From an uncultured Gammaproteobacteria bacterium (GTDB lineage Bacteria; Patescibacteriota; Microgenomatia; UBA8517), in contig OZ246419.1 in the NCBI GenBank assembly GCA_965231135.1, forward strand, positions 81,028-145,027: a DNA stretch of 64,000 nucleotides, written 5' to 3'. Shown piece after piece: positions 19,934-28,733 of the stretch (its first letter is position 1; each line of letters opens with the position of its first letter). A model generated the notes under the pieces. It was not told the origin of the DNA. It was given only the letters and a program-made list of their open reading frames with translations, and searched no databases. Made by a program: the position numbers and the translations under genes.

Positions 19934-19959
19934 GACTATGTATCCAGAGACGATAAGTC
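19934..19959 (-). promoter_or_regulatory. Tandem C-box-like operator
   Basis: Minus strand GACTTATCGTC-TCTG-GATACATAGTC: two 11-bp boxes 4 bp apart, 22 nt upstream of the C-like gene. Confidence 0.65.
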
Positions 19960-19982
19960 TTATTTATGCTATAATATATTTA

Positions 19983-20369
19983 ATGAAAAACAGTGTTCCT
20001 ATTTACGAAAATAATTATATGGGTTTTTGGATAAAGGTTTATCCGACAAGAGTGGAATTTAAGAGTGGACCAGGCATGGAAACAGTCGCAATAAACCAAA
20101 TAGCAAGTGTGCAACTTGGAATGTTCATGTATATGCAGATAATTATTGAAACGACAGGTGGGCGAAAATACAAAATTCCTTGTGGAGACAAAGAAGGAGT
20201 AAGAAATGCAATTTATGCGGCTCAAGACGCTTTCAACGATAAGAAGGATAATGGCGGAAATACTATGAGTGTTGCTGATGAAATAACTAAGTTAAACGAA
20301 TTAAAAGAAAAAGGCATTATTACTCAAAAAGAATTTGATACTAAAAAAAAGAAATTACTCGATTCATAA
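19983..20369 (+). CDS. PH-like domain plus SHOCT domain protein
   Basis: C-terminal VADEITKLNELKEKGIITQKEFDTKKKKLL is a SHOCT motif. Confidence 0.8.
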   Translation: MKNSVPIYENNYMGFWIKVYPTRVEFKSGPGMETVAINQIASVQLGMFMYMQIIIETTGGRKYKIPCGDKEGVRNAIYAAQDAFNDKKDNGGNTMSVADEITKLNELKEKGIITQKEFDTKKKKLLDS

Positions 20370-20397
20370 CTTCTATCCTAGCTGTATAATCTTATAT

Positions 20398-20811
20398 ATG
20401 GATCCGACTACAAAACAAGACGGTAAGGCGGAAAAAGATTTCACCGCTGATGGCAGGTTTGCTTTCGGTAACAAGGCTAACAAAACTGGACGTGGTGGTT
20501 TTGCAGATCACCCAGAGAATAGAAATCCCGGTGGAAGACCAAAGAATCTTGAGTCTTTTAAATACTGGCTTGATTATTTCAAAAAAATGTCAGTAGATGA
20601 ATTTTTGTGTTGGCAGAAAGAAATCTCAAACAAAGACAGAACAGTAGCTGCCGAATTAGCTTTTCTGATGATTGTTTCAGCCAGAAATAATCTGAAAAGT
20701 TTCAAAGAAATTGCTGATATAACAGAAGGGAAACCGAGATTTGCAACTGAAAATGCTGAAAATAAAATATCAAAGGTTAGGGTTGAAATTATAGAAAACA
20801 GAAAACAATAA
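20398..20811 (+). CDS. DUF5681/terminase small subunit-like protein
   Basis: GRFAFGN, NPGGRPK and EIADITEGKP motifs. Confidence 0.55.
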   Translation: MDPTTKQDGKAEKDFTADGRFAFGNKANKTGRGGFADHPENRNPGGRPKNLESFKYWLDYFKKMSVDEFLCWQKEISNKDRTVAAELAFLMIVSARNNLKSFKEIADITEGKPRFATENAENKISKVRVEIIENRKQ

Positions 20812-20848
20812 AAAAATAGGTCTGTCTTATAATATAATTGCCGAATAT

Positions 20849-21613
20849 ATGAATATGAAGATTGAACCAATCAAGGTTACTGTTAAAAATTCCCACCTGC
20901 TAAGTGTGCTTCTCTCCTTTGTTGACAGAGACGACTTCTTAAATGATATTAGCCATATTAGAGAAGAAAAACTAGGAATGTCTAAATTATATAAAAGGAA
21001 ATTGGTTGAAGAACTATATAAATATTATACTGGTTTCAAAATTGGAGCCATTCGCAAAGACGATTTCAAGGGCGTACTCGATAGATTGTCAAAACGATAC
21101 CATATTTTGGACAATTCAGTTCCCCTAGATGAAACAGTCAAAAAAGCGATCGAAGAATCAGTGCAACTGATGCGAAAATATAACAAGAGTGTTTGTTTTA
21201 TGAAAGCCATTATGGTTGCGATGCTTTGTGGTGAAATTGGTAGTAAGGATTACTCAAGCAACACTTACTCCCTTGCACTCAATCCTTATACCTTACGTAG
21301 TGAATTATTTGAGGGATCTTACGATTACACGGCTATAATCATCAGTAGAGAATCAACAATAGAAGAGGTGGAAAATGTGTTTAAACAAATTTATAAGGAG
21401 CATTTTAAGCGTAAGAGGCCAATTAAATTATCAAAGAGCGAGCGATTTAAACCCGTTGTTGATGTTTATAGCAACATAGTCGAATTTCGAAAATGGTACT
21501 GGATGCACAAAGATGTGGGTTATCGCAAAATAGCAAAGGCAACTGCAATACCACTTGAAACTATTATAAGTGGGATTAGGACATATTCTTCTCTAATTAA
21601 AGCCTCTAAATAG
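20849..21613 (+). CDS. Hypothetical protein with a possible C-terminal HTH
   Basis: C-terminal VGYRKIAKATAIPLETIISGI. Confidence 0.5.
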   Translation: MNMKIEPIKVTVKNSHLLSVLLSFVDRDDFLNDISHIREEKLGMSKLYKRKLVEELYKYYTGFKIGAIRKDDFKGVLDRLSKRYHILDNSVPLDETVKKAIEESVQLMRKYNKSVCFMKAIMVAMLCGEIGSKDYSSNTYSLALNPYTLRSELFEGSYDYTAIIISRESTIEEVENVFKQIYKEHFKRKRPIKLSKSERFKPVVDVYSNIVEFRKWYWMHKDVGYRKIAKATAIPLETIISGIRTYSSLIKASK

Positions 21614-21681
21614 TGTGGTTTTGAAGATTCTTTAAATCAACAACTCATATTCAAAAGCGATTCTTTTTATCATTTCCTTAT

Positions 21682-21855
21682 ATGAAAATGAACAGTTGGC
21701 TTACAGAAGAATTGAAAAGTGAGATTAAAAAGGTTTTTGAGCCTCGTTATAACAGAAAACTATCTAAACAAGAAATTTTACAAATTGCATTTGGTTTGAC
21801 TTCATATATTGAGAATGCTTCAAAGTTTAGATGGAGAGTAGAAAATGCAAACTGA
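21682..21855 (+). CDS. Small hypothetical protein (57 aa)
   Basis: Manual translation MKMNSWLTEELKSEIKKVFEPRYNRKLSKQEILQIAFGLTSYIENASKFRWRVENAN; overlaps the next start. Confidence 0.55.
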   Translation: MKMNSWLTEELKSEIKKVFEPRYNRKLSKQEILQIAFGLTSYIENASKFRWRVENAN

Positions 21856-22078
21856 ATACAAAACAAAGGATTTAGCAGAAGCGGCGGCGTTAATTGTAGA
21901 AGGTCAATCGTTATTATTTCTTAAAAGAGAGGGTCGAACTTGTTGGTTTGTATTTTCCAACTTCTCATCTTCTAAACAAATTTCAGATAAATTTTTCTTT
22001 GGTGACCTTTTGGTTAACGCAAGAAAATACAAGGAAGCAATCGATTTACTAAAAAGTAGAATTTTTGCAAGAGAATAA
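21845..22078 (+). CDS. DUF5659-like small phage/element protein
   Basis: YKTKDL..AAAL, F.F and L.VNA..Y pattern. Confidence 0.6.
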   Translation: MQTEYKTKDLAEAAALIVEGQSLLFLKREGRTCWFVFSNFSSSKQISDKFFFGDLLVNARKYKEAIDLLKSRIFARE

Positions 22079-22080
22079 AT

Positions 22081-22437
22081 ATGTCATACCAAGATGAAGA
22101 TGTAAAAATAACAATTTTGTGGAAAGATAAAGGAAATTTGATTGCGAATGCAAATATATCTATCGAGACAGTTTCCTTTGGTTTTATAACAATAAAGGGG
22201 TTTCAAATTTGGAAAAGTGAAGTCCAAAATTCAAGATTGCAAGAATCCATAAATATCACACCTCCATCTAAACCAATGTATGGACATTATTTCAAAATAG
22301 TTTTTTTAGAAAACGAGAAGAGTTGGTTTGAATTAGAGAGAAGACTTTACGGAAAATTTTTGGAAAAGCGTATTAAAATACAGGAAAACGAGAAGATTGA
22401 CTTAGATGAGGTTGACGCTGATTTTAATAACCAGTAA
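22081..22437 (+). CDS. SpoVG-like nucleic-acid-binding protein
   Basis: LIANANI..ITIKGFQIW..I.PPS pattern; acidic tail. Confidence 0.5.
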   Translation: MSYQDEDVKITILWKDKGNLIANANISIETVSFGFITIKGFQIWKSEVQNSRLQESINITPPSKPMYGHYFKIVFLENEKSWFELERRLYGKFLEKRIKIQENEKIDLDEVDADFNNQ

Positions 22438-22504
22438 TTATATAGTTATAGTTAATATATAGTAACTATACGATTACTTATAAGTGTGAGGTTAATTTGT
22501 TAAT

Positions 22505-24004
22505 ATGAACATGAATAATAAGCTAAAATATATAAGATATTCGCGAAAATCATCTGAAGCGAAAGAAAAACAAGCTCTTTCGATTTCAGATCAGAACTTG
22601 GAATGCGAAAATTACGCGCTACGAGAGCATTTGAATGTTGTATTAAAGCTAGAAGAGAGTCATTCTGCTTATAAGCCAAGTAATCGACCAGAGTTCGATA
22701 AAATGGTTAAATTGATTGAAGCTGGTGAGATTGATGCAATTTTAACTTGGCATGCAAATAGATTGTGTCGTAACCCGAAAGAGGGTGGAATGTTACTTCA
22801 ACTGCTACAAGATGGGGTTTTGAAAGAGATAAGAACAACTGCTGGCGATATTTATACTTCTGAAAGCGATCAGCTTATATTGCAGATTCACTTTGGAATC
22901 GCTAATCAATATTCAAGGGATATAAGCAGAAATGTTAGAAGAAGTCTGTTGCACAAAAGTGAACGCGGTGAATTTCCGAGACAAGCAATTTTGGGTTATG
23001 AAGGAGAAGGTGTGCGTGGAAAAAGAAATATGGTTCCCCACTCTTTTGAAGCGCCTTTAATAAAAGAGGCTTATGAATTGGTTGCTTATAAAGCGTGTTC
23101 TCTTGGATATTTATCGGAATACTTTCATAAAAAAGGGCTTACCACTAAACGAGGGAAGAAAATCAGCAAAAGTCATTGGTATGCGATATTAACAAATCCT
23201 GCTTATTACGGTTATTTTTATTACAGGGAAGAGATTTACAAAGGTATTTATACCCCGATCGTATCTAAAACGCTTTATGACGCAGTACAAACAGCCTTGA
23301 GCGGTCGGTCGAGACCGAAGACTAAGATTTGGAATGCTACTTATAACGGAATTTTTAAGTGTAAAAATTGTGGTTGTTTTATTACTACGACTTTCAAGAC
23401 AAAAAATTACAAAAGGACTCAAAGAACAGTCGATTATGTTTATATGCACTGTACACACAGAAAAGGAAGTTGTACTCAAAAACCTATTACCCTCAAGAGC
23501 TTTGAAAAACAGCTTTTAGATCGAATCTCAAAAATATCCATAGACGAAGAGGTGTGGTCTCTTGGAATTAAATTACTCAAAGCCAAACATAGTCACGAAA
23601 TCGAACAAAATACCAGCCAAAGATTGCAATATCAAACAAAATATAATGCGTACCAGGACAGACTTAACCGGTTAATAAGCATGAGATCAGAAGAAGAAAT
23701 TACAAAACAAGAATTTATAACACAAAAAGAGCTTTTGTTAGGAGAACAAGCACGAGTCAAAAGCTTACTAAATGACACTGAAAGTTCAGAACATACTTGG
23801 TTAGAACTTGCTGAAGATTTCTTAAATACTGCTTTTTACGCACGAGACTTGATAACAAGTGGAAAACCAGACGAAAAACGGAATTTGATTATGACTGTGG
23901 GTGAGAACTTCTTTTTGGAAGATGAAAGGCTTGATTTTAGCTTCAAAAAACCTTATGACATACTACTCATCCCTGACTGCCGTACTAACATGCTCCCCCG
24001 GTAG
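22505..24004 (+). CDS. Large serine recombinase (resolvase, recombinase and Zn-ribbon domains)
   Basis: YSRKSSE (catalytic Ser), NRLCRN, ILTNPAYYG, CKNCG and coiled coil; the last codons are antisense to the tRNA-Asn 3' end. Confidence 0.95.
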   Translation: MNMNNKLKYIRYSRKSSEAKEKQALSISDQNLECENYALREHLNVVLKLEESHSAYKPSNRPEFDKMVKLIEAGEIDAILTWHANRLCRNPKEGGMLLQLLQDGVLKEIRTTAGDIYTSESDQLILQIHFGIANQYSRDISRNVRRSLLHKSERGEFPRQAILGYEGEGVRGKRNMVPHSFEAPLIKEAYELVAYKACSLGYLSEYFHKKGLTTKRGKKISKSHWYAILTNPAYYGYFYYREEIYKGIYTPIVSKTLYDAVQTALSGRSRPKTKIWNATYNGIFKCKNCGCFITTTFKTKNYKRTQRTVDYVYMHCTHRKGSCTQKPITLKSFEKQLLDRISKISIDEEVWSLGIKLLKAKHSHEIEQNTSQRLQYQTKYNAYQDRLNRLISMRSEEEITKQEFITQKELLLGEQARVKSLLNDTESSEHTWLELAEDFLNTAFYARDLITSGKPDEKRNLIMTVGENFFLEDERLDFSFKKPYDILLIPDCRTNMLPR

Positions 24005-24064
24005 GATTCGAACCTACGACCTTGTTCTTAACAGGAACCCGCTCTACCGCTGAGCTACAGGGGA
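23993..24064 (-). tRNA. tRNA-Asn(GTT)
   Basis: TCCCCTGTAGCTCAGCGGTAGAGCGGGTTCCT-GTT-AAGAACAAGGTCGTAGGTTCGAATCCTACCGGGGGAG folds as a cloverleaf. Confidence 0.95.
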
Positions 24065-24093
24065 ATAATTCAAGAACATGGCTATTATATCAC

Positions 24094-25185
24094 CTAATTT
24101 AGATAATCTCTAAGGTTAATTCTCTTGCTTGGATGGCGGAGTTTTCTTAATGCTTTAGCTTCAATTTGCCTGATTCTTTCTCTTGTGACGCCGAAAATTT
24201 TACCAACTTCTTCAAGGGTTTTTGCTTCTCCCTCTTCGCCTTCACCGTCAAGATTAATTCCAAAACGAAGAGCCAAAACTTTGGCTTCTCGTTCTTGAAG
24301 ATTTCCCAAAACATTTCGCAAATGATCTTTTAACAATTCGCGGGAAGCTGCGTCAACTGGAGACATTTGAGATTCATCTTCAATAAAGTCGCCTAAGATT
24401 GATTCTTCATCTTCTCCGACAGGAGTCTGAAGAGATGTAGTTTCTTGGGATAATTTGAAAATTTCTCTAACTCTGTCGCCTGTTAAATCTAATTCTTCTC
24501 CAATTTCTTCAGGAGTTGGCTCTCTTCCTAATTGTTGCATTAATCGTTGAGAGGTTCGATAAATTTTATTTATCGTTTCGACCATGTGGACTGGAATACG
24601 AATAGTACGAGCTTGATCTGCAATTGCTCTGGTTATTGCCTGCCTGATCCACCAAGTTGCATAAGTACTAAACTTAAATCCTCTTCTCCAATCATATTTT
24701 TCAACCGCTCTGATTAAACCCTGATTACCTTCCTGAATTAAATCAAGCAAAGACAATCCGCGACCGATATATTTTTTTGCAATTGAGACAACCAAACGAA
24801 GATTGCTTTCTGTAAGCTTGTCTTTGGCTTTTTTATCAGCTTTTTCAAACCTTTTGGCGAGCTCTATTTCGTCTTCTGCTTCAAGCAAAGGATATTTACC
24901 AATTTCTCTTAAATATTGTCTTACTGGATCAGTTGATTCTGAACCGTCAATTTTTGAAAGTAACTGAATTTCTTTTTCTAGATCTAAACTTTCTTCTTCT
25001 TCGCCTTCTTCAGGAGCAACTGACTCAAAGACATCAATTCCTTCTTCAAGAAGTAAAGCATACAAATTATCTAATTCATCTAAATGTTTTTCTGCGTCTG
25101 GAAAGCTTTCCAAGATTTCATCCTGGGTAATAAAGCCCTGATCTTTGGCCTTTTTAATTAAATCAAGAGTGGTTTTTCTGAGCAT
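24094..25185 (-). CDS. rpoD: Primary sigma factor RpoD/SigA
   Basis: [34 protein letters not shown] and [10 protein letters not shown] motifs. Confidence 0.97.
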   Translation of the reverse strand: MLRKTTLDLIKKAKDQGFITQDEILESFPDAEKHLDELDNLYALLLEEGIDVFESVAPEEGEEEESLDLEKEIQLLSKIDGSESTDPVRQYLREIGKYPLLEAEDEIELAKRFEKADKKAKDKLTESNLRLVVSIAKKYIGRGLSLLDLIQEGNQGLIRAVEKYDWRRGFKFSTYATWWIRQAITRAIADQARTIRIPVHMVETINKIYRTSQRLMQQLGREPTPEEIGEELDLTGDRVREIFKLSQETTSLQTPVGEDEESILGDFIEDESQMSPVDAASRELLKDHLRNVLGNLQEREAKVLALRFGINLDGEGEEGEAKTLEEVGKIFGVTRERIRQIEAKALRKLRHPSKRINLRDYLN

Positions 25186-25197
25186 TGGAGAATATTC

Positions 25198-26898
25198 CTA
25201 ATGTATTATACGCTCAAAAGCTCCGGATTCAAAGTCTTTGTATTGTTTTTGATAAAGTAACGCTTTTTCTTTATCAGATTCTTCTTTGTATTTCTTTTTT
25301 AAGATATCCAGATTTAAAAGCTTATATAAATTATTTATTTCTTTTTTGATTGCAGAATCGCTGTCAGAACTCTCTTTTAAAGTTAGCTCTCCATATTTTT
25401 CAAATAATTCTTGTGGCAAATCTTTTGGATTGCCCGTAAACTCTCTAATTAATTTTTTTAAGACAGGAGTTTGAACAAGATCAAGAATCTCTTTATTTTT
25501 TAAAATTTCCGGGTTTACTTTTAAGATAAGACTGATTAAGTTTTCTTCTCTTAATTCTGTAAGAGATTTGGGGAGAATTTGATTTAATGATTCGGAAACT
25601 GGCGCAACACTCTCTGGAACAACTTTTTCCACTTCTTCTGTGACTGCTTCATCTGAAGAATCCAAGATGCGAGCTAATTTGTGGATATAATGTTCCTGGA
25701 CAATTTTATTTTTAATATTTGCCATTAACGGAGTTAGCTCTTTACTTATTTTTGCCTTGCCAGAAGCAGTATTTTTATCAAATTCATTAACAACTGAATC
25801 AATTATAAAATCCCAGACTGGAATTGCTTTATTTATTTTTTCTTTAAGAAATTCAGGGTTCGCTTTTGCTGCCTCATCTGGATCTTTATAAATTCCTAAT
25901 GTCACAACATTTACTTCAAAATCTTCATCTTCAAGAATTTTAATTCCTCGAATCGAAGCTTTAATTCCTGCAAAATCGCTATCAAGACATAAAACAATTT
26001 CTTTGGTGAATCTTCCTAAAAACTTGGCCTGGTCAATTGTAAAAGCAGAGCCTTTAATCGCAACAATATTTTTTATATCAATTTGAAAACTACTTATTAA
26101 ATCTATTTCCCCTTCAACAACGATAGCTTTATTTTCTTTTTTGATAAAATCTTTGGTGAGATTTAATCCATAGAGACTTGAACTCTTATTGTAAATTTCT
26201 GTTTGCGGTGAATTAATATATTTACCTGTATTTGGATCGGCTGGAGGGATTTGGCGGCCAGCTAACGCAATTACATTTCCGCGGTGATCACTAATTGGAA
26301 AGATTATTCGACCAGCAAAACGATCATAAATATTACCTCCCTTTGAAATGAAAACTACTCCTGCTTTTTGTAAATCTTCTTTTTTATAACCTTTCTTCTT
26401 AATTAGATAATCTGATAAATAATTTTTTTTGTGAGGAGCAAAACCAATATTAAAAGTTTTAATAGAATCTGAATTTATTTTTCGCTCTTCTTTAAGATAA
26501 TTTAAAGCAACTTTTCCTACAGGATGAGAAGTTAATAAAAAATTATAAAACTTAGCAGATAAATTATTTATTTCGTACAAGACATCTTTGTTTGATGAAA
26601 CAAAATTATTTTGATTAGTTAATTTAATACCAACCTTGTCGGCTAAATATTTGAGAGCTTCGGGAAATTCCATGCCTTCATATTTTTCAAGAAAAGTAAA
26701 AACATCTCCTCCTTCACCACAGCCGAAACATTTATAAATTTGTAAGTCTGACGAAACCATAAACGAAGGAGATTTTTCCTGATGAAAAGGACAAAGACCT
26801 TTGTAATTACTGCCTGATTTATTAAGCTTTACATGCTCACCAATAATATCAACAATATTAATTTTAGATTTAACTTCTTCTACCTGGGAGTCTGGCAT
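25198..26898 (-). CDS. dnaG: DNA primase
   Basis: CPFH..KSPSF..CFGC zinc finger, KYINSP, VVEGEID and DSD.AG motifs. Confidence 0.97.
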   Translation of the reverse strand: MPDSQVEEVKSKINIVDIIGEHVKLNKSGSNYKGLCPFHQEKSPSFMVSSDLQIYKCFGCGEGGDVFTFLEKYEGMEFPEALKYLADKVGIKLTNQNNFVSSNKDVLYEINNLSAKFYNFLLTSHPVGKVALNYLKEERKINSDSIKTFNIGFAPHKKNYLSDYLIKKKGYKKEDLQKAGVVFISKGGNIYDRFAGRIIFPISDHRGNVIALAGRQIPPADPNTGKYINSPQTEIYNKSSSLYGLNLTKDFIKKENKAIVVEGEIDLISSFQIDIKNIVAIKGSAFTIDQAKFLGRFTKEIVLCLDSDFAGIKASIRGIKILEDEDFEVNVVTLGIYKDPDEAAKANPEFLKEKINKAIPVWDFIIDSVVNEFDKNTASGKAKISKELTPLMANIKNKIVQEHYIHKLARILDSSDEAVTEEVEKVVPESVAPVSESLNQILPKSLTELREENLISLILKVNPEILKNKEILDLVQTPVLKKLIREFTGNPKDLPQELFEKYGELTLKESSDSDSAIKKEINNLYKLLNLDILKKKYKEESDKEKALLYQKQYKDFESGAFERIIH

Positions 26899-26921
26899 GA
26901 AGCCAGTTTAACACAAACTTA

Positions 26922-27188
26922 TTATTTATTTTTCTTTGGTCTACCCGCTTTTGCAACTTCTATGTTATTGCGGTGTAATACATCAAGAATTGTACTTGGA
27001 TGATGCCCTGTTTCTCTTCCAATTTCTTTTGAATGTTTTCCTGATGTATATTTTTCTATAATTATTTTTTCTTCATCTAAACTGACTTTTGGCCGAGGAA
27101 TTGGTAAATGATCTTGAAGGATTTCTGTAAAACGAATTGCTAAACCGAGTCCTCCGAATTTATTGCTATGGTTTTCGTTTTCTAGCAT
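26922..27188 (-). CDS. Small HTH-domain hypothetical protein
   Basis: SKEIGRETGHHPSTILDVLHR helix-turn-helix pattern. Confidence 0.55.
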   Translation of the reverse strand: MLENENHSNKFGGLGLAIRFTEILQDHLPIPRPKVSLDEEKIIIEKYTSGKHSKEIGRETGHHPSTILDVLHRNNIEVAKAGRPKKNK

Positions 27189-27197
27189 TATTTTTTT

Positions 27198-27285
27198 TGG
27201 CGGAGGCGGTGAGATTCGAACTCACGAGACTCTTACGAGTCCAAGTTTTCCAAACTTGTGCCATAGGCCACTAGGCGACGCCTCC
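27198..27285 (-). tRNA. tRNA-Ser(GGA), CCA encoded
   Basis: Anticodon arm CAAGT-TTGGAAA-ACTTG; long variable arm; GTTCGAATC. Confidence 0.95.
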
Positions 27286-27289
27286 AGAA

Positions 27290-27730
27290 TTATTTTTTCT
27301 TAGCCTTTTTCTTTTTGTCTAATTCTTTAAGGAGGTCGCGAGCCGACTTTAGCATTGCCAAATCTTTTTTATTTTTAATTTTTTTTGCAGCCTTTGTGTA
27401 GTCAAGCCATTCGAAATCTAAAAATGCCAAGACTTCTTTTGCTTCTTTGCAAATCATTAAATAGTAGAGAGTTCTTTGAGGAATAGTATTACCACCAACA
27501 AGAGCTGCTCCATTAACCCGGCCGACTTCTTCTTGGACTTTAACATTCATTGCGGCTTGCTCACCCATCATACGAATAACTGCACGAACTGAAGATTCAC
27601 CACGCCTGGCATTTGTTTTTGGAATTTCCCAATCTCCGTCTTCTTTTTGTTTCACTACAAACCAAACTGGCTTATCTTTAACTTTTTTGTAGACAACTGC
27701 ACCACCAACAAGAATTAATTTTTGTTTCAT
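27290..27730 (-). CDS. NUDIX-fold protein with a degenerate Nudix box
   Basis: GGAVVY and WEIPK....GES..AVIR.M.E pattern. Confidence 0.65.
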   Translation of the reverse strand: MKQKLILVGGAVVYKKVKDKPVWFVVKQKEDGDWEIPKTNARRGESSVRAVIRMMGEQAAMNVKVQEEVGRVNGAALVGGNTIPQRTLYYLMICKEAKEVLAFLDFEWLDYTKAAKKIKNKKDLAMLKSARDLLKELDKKKKAKKK

Positions 27731-27756
27731 TGTGCTTGAATTATATCACGAATTCA

Positions 27757-27777
27757 CCCATTCGGCTTCGCTCAGGG
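27757..27777 (+). repeat. REP-like hairpin (intergenic)
   Basis: CCC-ATTCGGCTTCGCTCA-GGG. Confidence 0.65.
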
Positions 27778-27784
27778 CTGTAGG

Positions 27785-27869
27785 CGGCGGGTGCAGGATT
27801 TGAACCTGCGTAAGGATTGCTCCTTTCGGTTTTCGAAACCGATGCAATTGGCCGCTATGCGAACCCGCC
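27785..27869 (-). tRNA. tRNA-Ser(CGA)
   Basis: Anticodon arm TCGGT-TTCGAAA-ACCGA; long variable arm. Confidence 0.95.
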
Positions 27870-27882
27870 AATAAATAACTTG

Positions 27883-27954
27883 TGTACTCGCTGAGAATCG
27901 AACTCAGATCAAAGGATCCGCAATCCCTTATTCTGTCCATTGAACTACGAGTAC
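27883..27954 (-). tRNA. tRNA-Arg(GCG)
   Basis: GTACTCG/CGAGTAC acceptor stem; anticodon arm AGGGA-TTGCGGA-TCCTT. Confidence 0.9.
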
Positions 27955-27973
27955 TCTTCGACTACGCTCAGAG
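27954..27973 (+). repeat. REP-like hairpin (intergenic)
   Basis: CTC-TTCGACTACGCTCA-GAG. Confidence 0.7.
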
Positions 27974-28034
27974 CTATAGCTTACTCGAATTATATCAAAT
28001 TGAAGCTTTTTTATCGTGAAGCGACAAGCTTTGC

Positions 28035-28547
28035 TTATTTTAAACCGGGCATTTTATTACTAAACCAGTTGGTTGCACGATCTAAACCTGAAGCTGGGAC
28101 TTCTTCATGAACAAGATATTCGCTTAAAGCTTTTTGAATTTGATCTTTTAATTCCGGTTTTGTTACTAATTCCAAACGCCCTGGCAAAACTCTTGTTTCG
28201 ATTATTAATAGTTCGTTATCAAGACGCTTTGCAAACCAAAATCTATTCATAATATTCCAATCAGTTAGGCGCCCCGCAATTTTGATTCCTTTATTTGTAA
28301 TTTTATATTCAATATTTTCAGGCTCAATTGTTGACATAACATACACTAAAAAAACAATAGAAATAATTAAAATTACTGGAAGAAAACCGTCAATTAAAAA
28401 TGCGACTAAACCTGTAACTGCAGCGATTGCAATAATATTTATATAAAATTCACGATTTCGCCTTTTGAAGGGACGAGAAGGTGCAGACCATACAATTAAA
28501 TCTTTTTCCGGAACGTTTTGTTGTACTGTTGTTACTACTTCGGGCAT
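28035..28547 (-). CDS. Conserved two-TM protein with a C-terminal PH-like domain (DUF5673/YcxB-like)
   Basis: W.AP.RPF, two TMs, Y.IT.KGI and FWF pattern. Confidence 0.6.
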   Translation of the reverse strand: MPEVVTTVQQNVPEKDLIVWSAPSRPFKRRNREFYINIIAIAAVTGLVAFLIDGFLPVILIISIVFLVYVMSTIEPENIEYKITNKGIKIAGRLTDWNIMNRFWFAKRLDNELLIIETRVLPGRLELVTKPELKDQIQKALSEYLVHEEVPASGLDRATNWFSNKMPGLK

Positions 28548-28592
28548 CAGGAATATTATACGTCAATTTGATATAATGCGGTAGGTTTGAAA

Positions 28593-28679
28593 GGAGGCGT
28601 CGCCTAGTGGCCTATGGCAGAAGTTTGCTAAACTTCGACCCCTAATCGGGTCTCGTGAGTTCGAATCTCACCGCCTCCG
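28593..28679 (+). tRNA. tRNA-Ser(GCT)
   Basis: Anticodon arm GAAGT-TTGCTAA-ACTTC; long variable arm. Confidence 0.95.
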
Positions 28680-28733
28680 CCCAAGGTGTTCGGTCGCATA
28701 AGCGAAGCTTGTGGCGACCCACCTCGCAAGCTC

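Larger units (their letters stand above)
11331..24004. mobile_element. tRNA-Asn-anchored genomic island with a large serine recombinase and att-delimited cassettes
   Basis: Recombinase 3' end overlaps the tRNA 3' end; related att-like arms at 11331, 12242-12306 and 15150-15208 (weaker at 19682); accessory cargo. Confidence 0.75.

Noticed and set aside
19983-24004. Complete prophage
   Set aside because: No recognisable capsid, portal, large terminase or tail genes
27746-27940. 64-aa minus-strand ORF (and the similar 28628-28819 ORF)
   Set aside because: They overlap tRNA genes and are shadow ORFs
28684-28724. GC-rich hairpin between the two plus-strand Ser tRNAs as a tRNA fragment or ncRNA
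   Set aside because: Shares only GGTCGCATA with the next tRNA and has no T-arm; more likely a processing spacer
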